Counted from the stretch's first letter, positions 11,262 to 22,082 are shown. The stretch is DNA of 64,000 nucleotides from Thiotrichaceae bacterium (GCA_041940025.1 JBGTSY010000001.1:19186-83185); one strand, 5' to 3'. The notes: generated from the letters alone by a model not told the origin. Translations and numbers: made by a program.

Positions 11262-12473
11262 TTATCCGATGCGCATCAATTCAGGCAGCTCTGCCAAAGC
11301 ACCCTCTGCGCGATGCATAAACAGGTGTTTTAGCGGTTGCATGCGATCGGTCAGGTTAAGGCCCAGATTACGCACCGCCTTCACCGATTGACCAGGATGA
11401 CCGAATAGACGTTTAAACCCTTCCATCGCCGCCATAGTGGCCAAATTATCCCCTTTACGCCAACGTTCATAGGCACGCAATGTCGCCAGTGCGCCAATGC
11501 CGCGATGACGCTGTATCGCTGAAGTGATCACTTGTGCCAACGCAGCTGCATCCTTTAAGCCGAGATTTAATCCCTGACCTGCCAAGGGGTGAATGGTATG
11601 AGCCGCGTCACCTATTAGCGCCAATCCTGGCAACACATACTGTTTACTATGGCGTAAATTTAAAGGAAAACTCGCCACTGATGAAATGGGGGACACCTTC
11701 CCCAATTCTATGCCCATGATTTCGGTCAGTTTTTCAGAGAATGCTTCAGGCGACATGGCCACCATCTGACGGGCTTCGTCTTCAGTGTGGCTCCAGACAA
11801 TAGAGCAGATGTTGGCTTCCCCCAGAGGCAGGAAAGCTAAGGGGCCAGTGGGCAAAAACGCTTGGCGCGCCACCTGCTGATGCTCTTTTTCACTCTGCAC
11901 CACAGCTACCACAGCCCTCTGTTCGTATGACCAACCAACTGATTCAATTGAAGTTTGCTGTCGAACCCATGAATTCGCCCCATCGGCCCCTACTATCAAA
12001 TCAGCGCACAGCACACTGTTATCCTGCAAGGTTAAACGCACCCGATTATCGAGCAACTCTAATGATTGCGCCAACGCCGGGCAAAACCAGCGGATAGTGT
12101 CCCTGCTCTCCAATTGATTCGCCAACGCCGCTTGAATGGCCTTGTTCTCAACAATGCTACCCAAATGGGGTTCGGCAATGCTGGCGGCACTGAATTTTAT
12201 TGCACCTGTCGCCCTGTGCTCCCAAACGTGCATGGCATCAAAATGACCACAGCGCTCTGTTGCCAAGCAGCCCGCAGCACCGAGATTTTCCAATAAACGC
12301 TCTGAGCTTCGGTTCAAGGCGGAGATCCGTAACTCATAGGGAGTAGCCAACTGATAATCCTGTGGGCTCGCCTCCACAATGGCTATCTGCAACTCACTCT
12401 CAGCTAATGCATTGGCTAGAGTCAATCCCACCATGCCACCGCCCACGATGATGAGATCAAAATCCTTGCTCAT
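11262..12473 (-). CDS. ubiI: FAD-dependent ubiquinone biosynthesis hydroxylase, UbiH/UbiF/VisC(UbiI) family (by position likely UbiI/VisC)
   Basis: 403 aa. N-terminal FAD GxGxxG (IIVGGGMVG) and C-terminal G-D motif (GDAAH). 4-bp overlap with upstream ubiH as in the E. coli pepP-ubiH-visC arrangement. Confidence 0.72.
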   Translation of the reverse strand: MSKDFDLIIVGGGMVGLTLANALAESELQIAIVEASPQDYQLATPYELRISALNRSSERLLENLGAAGCLATERCGHFDAMHVWEHRATGAIKFSAASIAEPHLGSIVENKAIQAALANQLESRDTIRWFCPALAQSLELLDNRVRLTLQDNSVLCADLIVGADGANSWVRQQTSIESVGWSYEQRAVVAVVQSEKEHQQVARQAFLPTGPLAFLPLGEANICSIVWSHTEDEARQMVAMSPEAFSEKLTEIMGIELGKVSPISSVASFPLNLRHSKQYVLPGLALIGDAAHTIHPLAGQGLNLGLKDAAALAQVITSAIQRHRGIGALATLRAYERWRKGDNLATMAAMEGFKRLFGHPGQSVKAVRNLGLNLTDRMQPLKHLFMHRAEGALAELPELMRIG

Positions 12474-13693
12474 GTTAACGCCACCCCTCTCAATAACTTC
12501 GGTAACTCACCTGCCTGACCCATTGCATGACGGGCAAACAGGCGTTTAATCGGCGGCATGAGATCGAACGCCTGGATGCCCAAGCCGCGACTATTTGCCA
12601 AGAGGCCGAAATCGGTGATAAAAATCTTCGCCAAACTATCTGTAAGCGCCACTATTTTGCGTTGATCTGGCTGGCGCAAGGCGACATATTTGCGAAGCAT
12701 TGCCTCACTGCCTAAGAAACCTTCATTGTGCTGCGTCGATTGCTGAATTAATTCAGCCAGACAAGCCACATCCCTTACTCCCAGATTAAATCCTTGCCCT
12801 GCCACCGGATGCAGACTATTGGCCGCATTGCCTATAAAAAGCGTTCGAGGACGCCTCAACTCAGAGCTGCGCACCAGTCGTAGCGGATAACTCACCCGCT
12901 TGCCAATTTGCGTGAATTCACCTAGTCGGTATCCGAAAATCTTTTGTAATTCAGATAGAAAGATTTGCTCTGGTAATTGCATGCACTCTTCTGCCACTGC
13001 TGCGTCGATCGTCCACACCACCGCGGTCCGTTGCTGACTCATGGGTAACAGCGCCAGCGGCCCATCTGCGGTAAATCGCTCAAAGGCACAATTCTGGTGC
13101 GGCTCTGAGGTGGCAATATTGGTAACCAACGCACGTTGACCATAATCATGAATAGTTTCACCCACCTGCAACATCTGTCGCACTGATGAAGATGCGCCAT
13201 CAGCAGCGACTAACAGACGGCTCACTAATTTTTTACCATCTGCCAATCGAATCTCTGCGGCATCTTCGGTGACTTCGATGTCGGTCACTTTTGCCGGACA
13301 GATAAAGGTCAGATTATCGATCTGAGGTAGACGCTGAATCAATATTTGCCCCAATTTTCGGGTCACCACCACATGCCCTAAGGCATCCACCCCCTCTTCT
13401 GCTGCACTCAAATGTGCCTTACCAAAACGCCCCTGCTCAGATACCAGGATACTGTCTATAGGATTGATTACTTCGGATAGATCAGACCAAATTTGAATCG
13501 CTTCGAACACACGACGAGTACCGCGGCCCAAGGCGATTGCCCGATCATCGAAACTGGGTTGCGCATCGCTGTCATAAGTCACGGCTTCCAGCAAGGCGAT
13601 ACGCAGCGGCAAATGTTCTAGCGCCAATGCCAAGGTGGCACCTATTAAGCCTCCACCGACAATAATCAGATCGAATTCGCTTGTATCAGACAT
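12470..13693 (-). CDS. ubiH: 2-octaprenyl-6-methoxyphenol hydroxylase-like FAD monooxygenase
   Basis: 407 aa. DLIIVGGGLIGA FAD motif and GNAANSLHP. Directly downstream of pepP as in E. coli. Confidence 0.75.
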   Translation of the reverse strand: MSDTSEFDLIIVGGGLIGATLALALEHLPLRIALLEAVTYDSDAQPSFDDRAIALGRGTRRVFEAIQIWSDLSEVINPIDSILVSEQGRFGKAHLSAAEEGVDALGHVVVTRKLGQILIQRLPQIDNLTFICPAKVTDIEVTEDAAEIRLADGKKLVSRLLVAADGASSSVRQMLQVGETIHDYGQRALVTNIATSEPHQNCAFERFTADGPLALLPMSQQRTAVVWTIDAAVAEECMQLPEQIFLSELQKIFGYRLGEFTQIGKRVSYPLRLVRSSELRRPRTLFIGNAANSLHPVAGQGFNLGVRDVACLAELIQQSTQHNEGFLGSEAMLRKYVALRQPDQRKIVALTDSLAKIFITDFGLLANSRGLGIQAFDLMPPIKRLFARHAMGQAGELPKLLRGVALT

Positions 13694-15008
13694 ATTCCCA
13701 GGCAGCCGCCATCAGTTTTTCAATCTCCTTCACGCTCTTTGGGGCATCCTTGGAGAGCACGTCATTACCAGTCCTTGTCACCAGCACATCATCTTCAATG
13801 CGCACACCGATACCCCACCATTTTTTTGCCACCCCTTTGGAGCCAGACGGGATATAGATCCCCGGCTCTACAGTGAGCACCATGCCCGGCTCTAACACAC
13901 GCCAATGCTTGTCTACTTTGTAGTCCCCAACGTCGTGTACATCCATGCCAAGCCAATGGCCAGTGCGATGCATAAAAAATCGTTTGTAACTCTCCTCCCG
14001 CAACGCCTTGGTGAGTGAGGATTTAATAATCCCCAAATCTATCAATCCCTTGGTAATGGTACGCAGCGCCGCGTTATGGGGGTGATTCCAGTGATTGCCT
14101 GGTTTCACCTGGCGAATAGCCGCCAATTGCGCCTTCAGCACGATTTCATAAATCGCTTTTTGTGCGGCTGTAAAGGTGCCATTCACAGGAAAAGTTCTGG
14201 TGATGTCAGAAGCATAGTTATCCAACTCACATCCGGCGTCAATGAGAACTAAATCCCCGTCTTTTAGCGGCATGGAATTATCTGTGTAGTGCAGAATACA
14301 CGCATTTTCGCCGCCGCCCACAATGGGCGTATAAGCCGATGCTTGAGCGCCCCTGACTCTAAATTCGTAGAGAATTTCCGCTTCCAGATGCGCTTCTGAG
14401 ATCCCAGGCTGACACACCTCCATGGCGCGAATGTGGGCCTGGGCGGAAATCTTAGCCGCACGACGCATTTTGCTGATCTCGCTGGGGCTCTTATACAAAC
14501 GTAAATCGTGAGTGAAGGGCTCTAGGGCGATTAACTCAGCAGGCGCGTGTACCCCGGTGCGCACACGCTCTTTGATGGTGTTGAGCCACTCTAACAGTTG
14601 GTGGTCGAAATCCGCTGATTTGCCCATGGTGTAATAAATTCGTTCTTTGTCTTCCAACAAACCGGGTAAAATGTCACCTAGATCTGCAATTGGAAATGCG
14701 TCATCCAACAGAAACGTCTCTACCGCACCCTCTTGACCCGCTCGTGGCCCAATCCACTGTTCCATTTCAGCATCCCGTTCACGACAAAACAGAATAGATT
14801 GAGCATGACGACGGCCTGGAATTAACACTAAAACCGCTTCTGGCTCATCAAAGCCGGTGAGATAATAGAAATCACTATCTTGACGAAATGGATATTCTGC
14901 ATCACGATTACGTATCTGGATCTGTGCAGATGGCAAGATGGCTACTGAATCAGAACCCATCATGCGCATTAATCGTTTCCGCCTTTTAACGAACTCTTGC
15001 ACATTCAT
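13686..15008 (-). CDS. pepP: Xaa-Pro aminopeptidase (aminopeptidase P II)
   Basis: 440 aa. M24B metallopeptidase metal ligands (DAGCE, HGTGHWLGMDVHD, EPG, E.D). Conserved neighbourhood with ubiH. Confidence 0.9.
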   Translation of the reverse strand: MNVQEFVKRRKRLMRMMGSDSVAILPSAQIQIRNRDAEYPFRQDSDFYYLTGFDEPEAVLVLIPGRRHAQSILFCRERDAEMEQWIGPRAGQEGAVETFLLDDAFPIADLGDILPGLLEDKERIYYTMGKSADFDHQLLEWLNTIKERVRTGVHAPAELIALEPFTHDLRLYKSPSEISKMRRAAKISAQAHIRAMEVCQPGISEAHLEAEILYEFRVRGAQASAYTPIVGGGENACILHYTDNSMPLKDGDLVLIDAGCELDNYASDITRTFPVNGTFTAAQKAIYEIVLKAQLAAIRQVKPGNHWNHPHNAALRTITKGLIDLGIIKSSLTKALREESYKRFFMHRTGHWLGMDVHDVGDYKVDKHWRVLEPGMVLTVEPGIYIPSGSKGVAKKWWGIGVRIEDDVLVTRTGNDVLSKDAPKSVKEIEKLMAAAWEYV

Positions 15009-15112
15009 CTGATTTTTTCTCCGGCATATTGCTTAGTAAACCTAACTATGAGTATGCTACCATTGTGTGAATGATGCAGGTAAATCAAAATTCCTTCTAA
15101 CAAATACTCAAG

Positions 15113-15355
15113 ATGCGATCCGCTATGAATAATTTAAAACTTGACACGGTATCGGATATAGAACACCTCGAAATACAGGTGGACGACTTACTGCGCTTCT
15201 GCAATCAGCTACAAGACGAGAATCGTTCTTTACGAGAAAAACAAAAGATACTTGTTAACGAACGCGCCACGCTGATTGAAAAAAACGAGCGGGCAAGATT
15301 AAAAATAGATGCCATGCTGACACGATTAAGATCCATGGAGCATGAACATGGCTAG
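15113..15355 (+). CDS. Small coiled-coil protein upstream of zapA (TIGR02449/ZapB-like)
   Basis: 80 aa, heptad-repeat rich. Same position as the small coiled-coil gene that precedes zapA in several gammaproteobacteria. Confidence 0.55.
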   Translation: MRSAMNNLKLDTVSDIEHLEIQVDDLLRFCNQLQDENRSLREKQKILVNERATLIEKNERARLKIDAMLTRLRSMEHEHG

Positions 15356-15659
15356 TAGTCCTGCTGTTGTTAATTTTAGAATACTGGGTAAAGACTATCG
15401 AGTTAGTTGCGCGCCTGACGAAGAGTCGGAATTGTTAAAATCGGCTCGTTATCTAGACGAACGCATGCGCGAAATTCGTGATACCGGCAAAATTGTCGGC
15501 ATGGATCGCATAGCCGTGATGGCCGCTCTGAATATTAGTCACGAATTCCTGCATCAGCACGATCAGCTTGGTGAACATGCAAATGTCTCTGAACGTATTC
15601 GTGCGCTGCAAAATAAAATTGACTTAGCATTAAATGGTGGGCGTCAACTAGAACTCTAG
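15342..15659 (+). CDS. zapA: Cell division protein ZapA
   Basis: 105 aa. NFRILGKDYRVSCAPDEE motif. Followed by 6S RNA and ygfA exactly as in E. coli and Pseudomonas. Start may be the internal Met at 15348. Confidence 0.85.
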   Translation: MNMASSPAVVNFRILGKDYRVSCAPDEESELLKSARYLDERMREIRDTGKIVGMDRIAVMAALNISHEFLHQHDQLGEHANVSERIRALQNKIDLALNGGRQLEL

Positions 15660-15664
15660 TCACA

Positions 15665-15862
15665 GGTTCAGAGGTGGTGCCTGCGGTGACCGTTTGCTGA
15701 CTGAGTACCCCTCGGGCCTTAAATTGTAATTAGGGGGCGGTCGTATGATGTTGTTGTGCAAGTCCGGAGTTGACCGGAAAGCCTGATACATCTGCCATGC
15801 TCCCACTTGAACCGATTGGTTCAGGGGCTATAGTTGGCGACGACATCTCGGGTACCATCGCC
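15665..15862 (+). ncRNA. ssrS: 6S RNA (SsrS), RNA polymerase-sigma70 regulator
   Basis: By eye, about 60 nt of the 3' half aligns with E. coli 6S RNA (CTTGAACCGATTGGTTCAGGGGCTATAGTTGGCGACGACATCTCGGGTACC vs CUUGAACCAAGGGUUCAAGGGUUACAGCCUGCGGCGGCAUCUCGGAG). The 5' segment GGTGGTGCC can pair with 3' GGTACCATC to form the closing stem. Lies in the canonical zapA-ssrS-ygfA slot. Ends are approximate. Confidence 0.75.
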
Positions 15863-15885
15863 ATTTTGTTTCTCTGTGTTGCATA

Positions 15886-16470
15886 ATGAATCAAGACTCC
15901 GTAGCGTCTTTGCGTCAACAGATGCGGCAATCACGTCGACAGCTCACTCGTGACGCGCAAGCTCATGCCGCCCTCTCCCTTCGTCAACACTTTCTAAATG
16001 AACATCGTCTGCTTAAAGCAAATAGGGTGGGGGCATATTTTCCTGCCGATGGAGAAATTAATCCAATTCCTCTATTAAATCGATTACAACAGTTAGGTAA
16101 ACAGATCTATTTGCCAAAGTTAGCCAGCTACCCAAAAAAAATGGTATTTCTACCCATGACTGGCGAATTCAAAGTGAATCAGTATGGGATTCTGGAGCCG
16201 GTTGCTGCCGCTCGGGAATTGAGATTTGCAACGGATCTCGATCTCATTCTGATGCCCTTAGTCGCTTTTGATGATCTTGGGAATCGTTTGGGCATGGGTG
16301 GCGGCTACTACGATCGAGCCTTGGCGAAATATCATCGATGTGGTTTTCTAAACCGTCCAAAATTAGTGGGATTGGCTCACTCGTTTCAACAAACGCAGCG
16401 CCTTAAATCTAATAACTGGGATGTACCCATGCATGGGGTGATTACCGAACGGTCCCTAAGTTGGTTTTAA
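15886..16470 (+). CDS. ygfA: 5-formyltetrahydrofolate cyclo-ligase
   Basis: 194 aa. YFPADGEINP and MPLVAFDDLGNRLGMGGGYYDR motifs. Co-located with 6S RNA. Confidence 0.85.
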   Translation: MNQDSVASLRQQMRQSRRQLTRDAQAHAALSLRQHFLNEHRLLKANRVGAYFPADGEINPIPLLNRLQQLGKQIYLPKLASYPKKMVFLPMTGEFKVNQYGILEPVAAARELRFATDLDLILMPLVAFDDLGNRLGMGGGYYDRALAKYHRCGFLNRPKLVGLAHSFQQTQRLKSNNWDVPMHGVITERSLSWF

Positions 16471-16819
16471 TCCATGGTCTGGCCAATGCTCGTCGACTAC
16501 CAAAGTTTTGACAGACGACTAGGCATAGAGAGCGACTAGATCAACAGCAGCAAACAGAATACTGTAGTGGTTTTCATCCAAATAATTTTTGTTCCCGCAA
16601 AATAAGTTAGCGGACAGATGTGCAAGCTGAGCCCGGTTAGTGAGTCATCCAAGTGAACTGGCCAGGCGGCTAAACACCCATGAGCGTCGTACTTGGGAAT
16701 GACTAAACATCCGACTAACTAACCTTTAATGAGATGTGATGCCTTAAAAAGAGTTCAATTCCGGTATAATGCAAGGTTCCGCCAGTTTTCTTGGCGGCTC
16801 GACACTCTGAGGATCTTGA

Positions 16820-17311
16820 TTGACAGATATGAATTATTGGCTATTTAAATCCGAACCCACCGAATTCAGTTTCGACGATCTGTTAAATATGCCCGATCAA
16901 ACTGAACATTGGGACGGCGTACGCAACTATCAGGCACGAAATTTTATGCGTGATGAAATGCGTGAAGGTGACTTAGCATTCTTTTACCACTCCAATTGTA
17001 AAGAGCCAGGAATCGTCGGCATTGTGGAAGTGGCCGCGGAAAGCTATCCCGACTTTACTGCTTTTGATGCCTCTGATCCTCATTTTGATCCGGATAGCGA
17101 TCCCGATAATCCCCGCTGGTTTATGGTAGATGTACGTTTTGTACGTCCATTGCGACGCACCATCACCCTAAAAGAATTAAAGCAGGTCAATGCGCTTAAA
17201 AATTTTCCCTTGGTGCGTAAAGGCAATCGTCTCTCTGTGATGCCGGTACAGGAAAAGGAATGGGAGACCATTCTCGACTTAGAAGAACGCCGTCAATCTC
17301 CACGAGTTTGA
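16820..17311 (+). CDS. EVE (PUA-like) domain protein
   Basis: 163 aa. NYWLFKSEP...WDGVRNY...GDLAFFYHSN...GIVGIVEV, the EVE-domain pattern. Confidence 0.8.
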   Translation: MTDMNYWLFKSEPTEFSFDDLLNMPDQTEHWDGVRNYQARNFMRDEMREGDLAFFYHSNCKEPGIVGIVEVAAESYPDFTAFDASDPHFDPDSDPDNPRWFMVDVRFVRPLRRTITLKELKQVNALKNFPLVRKGNRLSVMPVQEKEWETILDLEERRQSPRV

Positions 17312-17336
17312 ATTATCTGTATAGGCGAATGGTCTA

Positions 17337-17368
17337 GTGTCCTCAACTGGCTTGCCAGTTGAGGACAC
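17337..17368. terminator. Bidirectional intrinsic terminator hairpin between convergent EVE gene and ilvA
   Basis: Perfect 14-bp stem GTGTCCTCAACTGG-cttg-CCAGTTGAGGACAC, read directly. Confidence 0.7.
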
Positions 17369-17398
17369 AAGATTAATTCGAGGAGGATGATTTTGCCG

Positions 17399-18949
17399 CT
17401 ACTTTAAAAATAGTTGATAAGCAGGATTGCCTGTCTCTTCCCAATAGGGATAACCCACATCGTTCAAAGACTGACGAAATTGAGCACGCTCTGCCTGCGG
17501 CACTTGGATCCCCACCAAGACACGCCCAAATGCAGCACCATGGTTGCGATAATGAAACAGACTGATATTCCATCGTCGGCTAATTTTATTTAGAAAATTG
17601 AGCAGTGCACCAGGCCGCTCCGGAAACTCGAATCGATACAGCACTTCATTGTTGAGGCTGGGCGCGCGGCCACCAACCATGTGACTGACATGCAGCTTCG
17701 CCATCTCATTGTCAGACAAATCAGTCACTGCATATTCCATTTGTGCTAATCGATGCAACAAGTCTGTTTTTTCTGCCGCACCCTGCACTAACTTCACACC
17801 CACAAATACATGGGCTTCGGCATCATGAGAATAACGATAATTAAACTCCGTTACGGGTTTATTACCCACCGTTTTGCAAAACTCCTTAAAACTACCGGGA
17901 CGTTCGGGGATGGTGACCGCAAAAAAGAATTCTCGATGCTCGCCCAACTCTGCGGTTTCTGAAATATGCCGTAACCGATCGAAATTCATATTGGCGCCAC
18001 TATCGATTGCCACCAGACGTTGGTTATGGACTTGATTGCTTTCCACGTATCGTTTCAAACCCGCCAACGACAAGGCACCAGCAGGCTCGGCGATGGAACG
18101 TGTCTCATCAAATAGATCTTTAATGGCCGCACAAATTTCGTCCGCAGAAACAGTGATGACCTCATCCACATAATGTTTCAATACTGCGAAAGGCTCCTTG
18201 CCCACTTGGCGTACGGCCACACCATCTGCAAAGATACCGATATGCTTTAAACTCACCCGCCTTCCCGCATCTAATGCCGCCTTTAAACATGCCGCGTCCT
18301 CAGGCTCTACCCCAATGACCTTTATCTCCGGACGCAGGTATTTTACGTAAGCCGTAATGCCGGCAATCAAACCGCCGCCCCCTACCGGCACAAAGATGGC
18401 GTCCAGAGCGCCAGGATGCTGTTGTAAGATTTCCATCGCTATTGTGCCTTGACCGGCGATCACATCCGGATCGGCATAGGGATGAATAAAAGTGAGTTGC
18501 CGCTTCTCGGCCAATTGTATGGCGCAATCATAAGCATTGTCGTAACTATCACCGTGCAAATGTATATTGCCGCCCAAGCGTTGTACGGCTGCCACTTTAA
18601 TGTCTGGCGTGGTTTTCGGCATCACAATAGTGGCAGGAATCTTTAATGTTTGTGCGGCCAATGCCACCCCTTGCGCATGATTGCCAGCTGAAGCGGCAAT
18701 GATGCCGCCTTGTAATTGTTCCTCACTTAGCCCACTTATCTTGTTATAGGCCCCACGAAGTTTAAAGGAGAATACCGGTTGTAAATCTTCGCGCTTGATC
18801 CAAATGTCATTGCCTAATCGCTTAGACAGCAAGGGTGCTTCATCCAACGGCGTTCGCGATGCCACATCATAGACACGGGAAGTGAGTATTTTCTTCACAT
18901 AGCTGGCCAGCAATTTGGTATTCGGCTTCGATTTGGCTATTTTTTTCAT
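17399..18949 (-). CDS. ilvA: Biosynthetic threonine dehydratase (threonine ammonia-lyase) with tandem C-terminal regulatory domains
   Basis: 516 aa. PLP lysine motif SFKLRGA, glycine-rich loop GGGGL, and two ACT-like domains. Confidence 0.92.
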   Translation of the reverse strand: MKKIAKSKPNTKLLASYVKKILTSRVYDVASRTPLDEAPLLSKRLGNDIWIKREDLQPVFSFKLRGAYNKISGLSEEQLQGGIIAASAGNHAQGVALAAQTLKIPATIVMPKTTPDIKVAAVQRLGGNIHLHGDSYDNAYDCAIQLAEKRQLTFIHPYADPDVIAGQGTIAMEILQQHPGALDAIFVPVGGGGLIAGITAYVKYLRPEIKVIGVEPEDAACLKAALDAGRRVSLKHIGIFADGVAVRQVGKEPFAVLKHYVDEVITVSADEICAAIKDLFDETRSIAEPAGALSLAGLKRYVESNQVHNQRLVAIDSGANMNFDRLRHISETAELGEHREFFFAVTIPERPGSFKEFCKTVGNKPVTEFNYRYSHDAEAHVFVGVKLVQGAAEKTDLLHRLAQMEYAVTDLSDNEMAKLHVSHMVGGRAPSLNNEVLYRFEFPERPGALLNFLNKISRRWNISLFHYRNHGAAFGRVLVGIQVPQAERAQFRQSLNDVGYPYWEETGNPAYQLFLK

Positions 18950-19016
18950 AGTTGCTTGCCACCCGGATCTTAAGATTCCGTTATAATTGGCCTTTACTCA
19001 ATCGAGTGATTCTCTC

Positions 19017-19682
19017 ATGACACAGGATAGGTTAAAAAAACAGGCTGCCGAAGCAGCCGTTGCAGAGATCTCTAAAGATACCATTATCGGCGTGGGAACG
19101 GGAAGCACAGTGAATCATTTCATTGACGCCTTAGCCGCGCAACAGTTTCCCGTGAAGGCGGCCGTCGCCAGCTCCGAGGCGACAGCGAAACGCTTAACTC
19201 AAGCAGGGATCTCCTTACTTGATCTCAACGATATCGATGAGCTTGAGGTCTATGTTGATGGCGCAGACGAAGCCGACCCCAATCTCTGTTTAATAAAAGG
19301 CGGAGGCGGCGCACTGACGCGGGAAAAAATCATTGCCGCTGTGAGCAAACGATTTATTTGTATCGTCGACGAAAGCAAACTGGTGCCCACCTTAGGCCAG
19401 TTTCCTTTACCCATTGAGGTGATCCCGATGGCTCGGGAACAAGTCTGTCGTCAGTTGCGAAAATTAGGGGGCGATGCCAAATGGCGTAAGGATTTTATCA
19501 CCGATAATCAGAACCAGATTATCGATGTCCACAACCTTAAAGTAGAAGATCCCATCTCTTTAGAAACTGAGCTGAATCAAATCGTCGGCACGGTCACCAA
19601 TGGGCTGTTTGCGCAGCGCCGAGCAGATCAACTCATTGTGGCCAGCGCAAAGGGTATACAAAAAATCGCATCTGACGGTTAG
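19017..19682 (+). CDS. rpiA: Ribose-5-phosphate isomerase A
   Basis: Track ORF 18987..19682. Preferred start MTQDRLKK matches the E. coli RpiA N-terminus. GVGTGST, DGADE and [11 protein letters not shown] motifs. Confidence 0.9.
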   Translation: MTQDRLKKQAAEAAVAEISKDTIIGVGTGSTVNHFIDALAAQQFPVKAAVASSEATAKRLTQAGISLLDLNDIDELEVYVDGADEADPNLCLIKGGGGALTREKIIAAVSKRFICIVDESKLVPTLGQFPLPIEVIPMAREQVCRQLRKLGGDAKWRKDFITDNQNQIIDVHNLKVEDPISLETELNQIVGTVTNGLFAQRRADQLIVASAKGIQKIASDG

Positions 19683-19685
19683 CGA

Positions 19686-22082
19686 CTAACTGGCCTCCTC
19701 CAACAAGCGTTTCGCCTCTTCCATCCCTTTATACGGCGAGACATCTTTGGGCAGTGCCTTCTGTAATTCTGATTTGGCCATCTCTTTTTGTCCATTGGCT
19801 AAATAGGCCGCGCCCAAATGGTAGTGAAATACCGGATTATCTAACTCACCACGGCCCTGAAGATTTTCCAATAAGGAGATGGTCTTTTCCGGTTGGTTGA
19901 GGCGATAATATAACCAGGCGTAAGTATCGATAAAAAATGGGTTATTCGAGGATTGTAAGGATTCCGCCAGCTTGACTGCTTCTTCTAAGGAGGCTTTGTC
20001 TGTGGCGTGATCGGCTATGAGAGCGGCGAGGTTATTAATGGCTAAGAGATTATTTGCATCCTTATCCAGAACCTGTCGATAGATCGCCATTGACCCATCA
20101 TAATCTTGCATGGACTCTAACAATTGAGCTTTACCAATGAGCAACCTGGGTTGTTCCGGGAATTGTGTGAGTGCGTGATCAAAAGTAGCGAGAGCTTGCT
20201 TGGTCTTTCCTTGGGCTTTGTAAACTGAGATCAAATCCAGATAGGGAGGCAGATTTGTAGCATTGTCTTTTATCATGGCGTTAAACTGCGATTCCGCGCC
20301 AGCGTAATCCCCTTTGGCAAGCATCAGCCCACCCAATAAACCCTGGCTCACCGTGTCTGCGGGCACTTTCTTTAAACGTTGTTGAAGCAGCTTCTCTGCT
20401 TGCGCGTAGCGTTTATCGGCAATAGACACCTGTACGTATTCTGTCAGTGCATTGACGTGATTATTGTGCACATCCAATACCGCGAGATAATGTTTGGCGG
20501 CTGCAGGATAGTTGCCCATCGCTCGATACATTCTGGCTCGAGTAAAATCCACTAGCGCCCGATCTGGTGCATGTTGATCCAGTGCTTGCAGCGCCTCTTC
20601 GGCCTCTGTCCATTTTTGTTGTTTGACTAGTGCGTCGATATACATCACCCAAACCGATACATTAGCTGCATTTCGGGACAGCGTCTGACGCAAGAGTTGG
20701 GTAGCTGGCTCTAACATATCCGCAGATATCAGTTGGTGTGCTAATCCCAGTCGAATATTGTCTTCTTTTGGATTCAGTTGCAGCGCTTTGGATAGGGTTT
20801 CCTTGCGTAACTCTGGTTGCCGGTTAATGCCGTGAGCCTCTGCCAACAACAGCAGTGTGCGTACCGAATCAGGCGCTTGTTCCAGAGACGACCTTAAATC
20901 TGCAATCGCGGCATCGGTCTCGTTGCGTTTCAGTTTTAAGCCACCGAGCACCATTAATGCTTCGGCATTAGTGGGTTCCCGTTCAATCACATAGTTTAAC
21001 GCTTGCTCGGCTTCGGCCTCCCGACCACCCCGAACCTGATGCAAGGCGATTTGCACCCGCGCACGTAATGCATCCGGATTATCTTTGCCCACTTCTACTA
21101 TTTGATTGAGTACTGCAATCGCTTCGTTAGGGGAAGCGGCTAAAAATTGTGCCTTTGTGAAGAGTAGATCATAGCTTTCTGGTGATTTTTTAATCAGCTC
21201 ATCGAGTCGCTGCAAGGCTTCTTCAGGTGAGTCATGACGATAAAGAAACTGAACCAGATCAATTTGATAGCTTTGCTTGTCGGGGTGATTGTCCATGCGT
21301 TGCTGCAACCAATCGATGGCGACATCCTTTTTATCTCTGGCGATTAAATAGCGCACATAGGATTGTCCCAAGGCATGATTTTCCGGCTGCAATGCCAGTT
21401 GCTCGCGGTACTGATTCTCCGCTTCGTCATGCTGACCTGAGGTCACCAGCACTTGGAGTTTGAGAAAGATGAGTCCTTGGTTGGTCTTATCCTTGGCCAA
21501 TCCTTCATTGAGGTATTGCAATGCTTTATCAAACTGTTGTTGGCTGCCGTAGAGTGTCGCCAACACGGTAGCGGCGCTGGCGTTGCCCGGCTCCTGCTGC
21601 CAAGCGGCTAACCCGTCTTCTTCGGCACCAGCCACATTTCCCTGACGCAACTTTGTGGCGCTGCGTAAAGCCAGTGCTTCGGGATGATTGGCTTCTTTTG
21701 CTAATATGGCTTCTGCGATCTCACCAGCTTCATCCATCTTTCCTCTCAACAGGGCAAACTGTGCCTGTTTGATCTTGATGTCTATGCGTTCCGGGGCCAG
21801 CTCACCGGCTCGATTCAGTAGTGCATTCATCTCCTGCCAGTTCTGCTCCCGCTCGGCAATTTTTACGAGCAGGAAAAGAGCATCGACGTTTTGTGGTTGA
21901 ATTTGCAGACTATTTTTTGCATCCAACTGCGCTTTTTCCAGACGACCCGCTTCCAGATGGGCTTCTGCTTGTTCGATAAATTTCGCGGCTTTGGTTTCGG
22001 GACGATCGCAGGCGGATAATCCTAGAATCAATGCACCCGCCACCAATATACTTGAGAGTTGCTCTTTGAATTTAGTTTTCAT
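19686..22082 (-). CDS. TPR-repeat lipoprotein, PEP-CTERM system type (PrsT-like)
   Basis: 798 aa. Lipobox LGLSAC after the signal peptide, then >15 TPR-like repeats. Sits at the edge of a PEP-CTERM-type EPS locus where PrsT normally is. Confidence 0.7.
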   Translation of the reverse strand: MKTKFKEQLSSILVAGALILGLSACDRPETKAAKFIEQAEAHLEAGRLEKAQLDAKNSLQIQPQNVDALFLLVKIAEREQNWQEMNALLNRAGELAPERIDIKIKQAQFALLRGKMDEAGEIAEAILAKEANHPEALALRSATKLRQGNVAGAEEDGLAAWQQEPGNASAATVLATLYGSQQQFDKALQYLNEGLAKDKTNQGLIFLKLQVLVTSGQHDEAENQYREQLALQPENHALGQSYVRYLIARDKKDVAIDWLQQRMDNHPDKQSYQIDLVQFLYRHDSPEEALQRLDELIKKSPESYDLLFTKAQFLAASPNEAIAVLNQIVEVGKDNPDALRARVQIALHQVRGGREAEAEQALNYVIEREPTNAEALMVLGGLKLKRNETDAAIADLRSSLEQAPDSVRTLLLLAEAHGINRQPELRKETLSKALQLNPKEDNIRLGLAHQLISADMLEPATQLLRQTLSRNAANVSVWVMYIDALVKQQKWTEAEEALQALDQHAPDRALVDFTRARMYRAMGNYPAAAKHYLAVLDVHNNHVNALTEYVQVSIADKRYAQAEKLLQQRLKKVPADTVSQGLLGGLMLAKGDYAGAESQFNAMIKDNATNLPPYLDLISVYKAQGKTKQALATFDHALTQFPEQPRLLIGKAQLLESMQDYDGSMAIYRQVLDKDANNLLAINNLAALIADHATDKASLEEAVKLAESLQSSNNPFFIDTYAWLYYRLNQPEKTISLLENLQGRGELDNPVFHYHLGAAYLANGQKEMAKSELQKALPKDVSPYKGMEEAKRLLEEAS

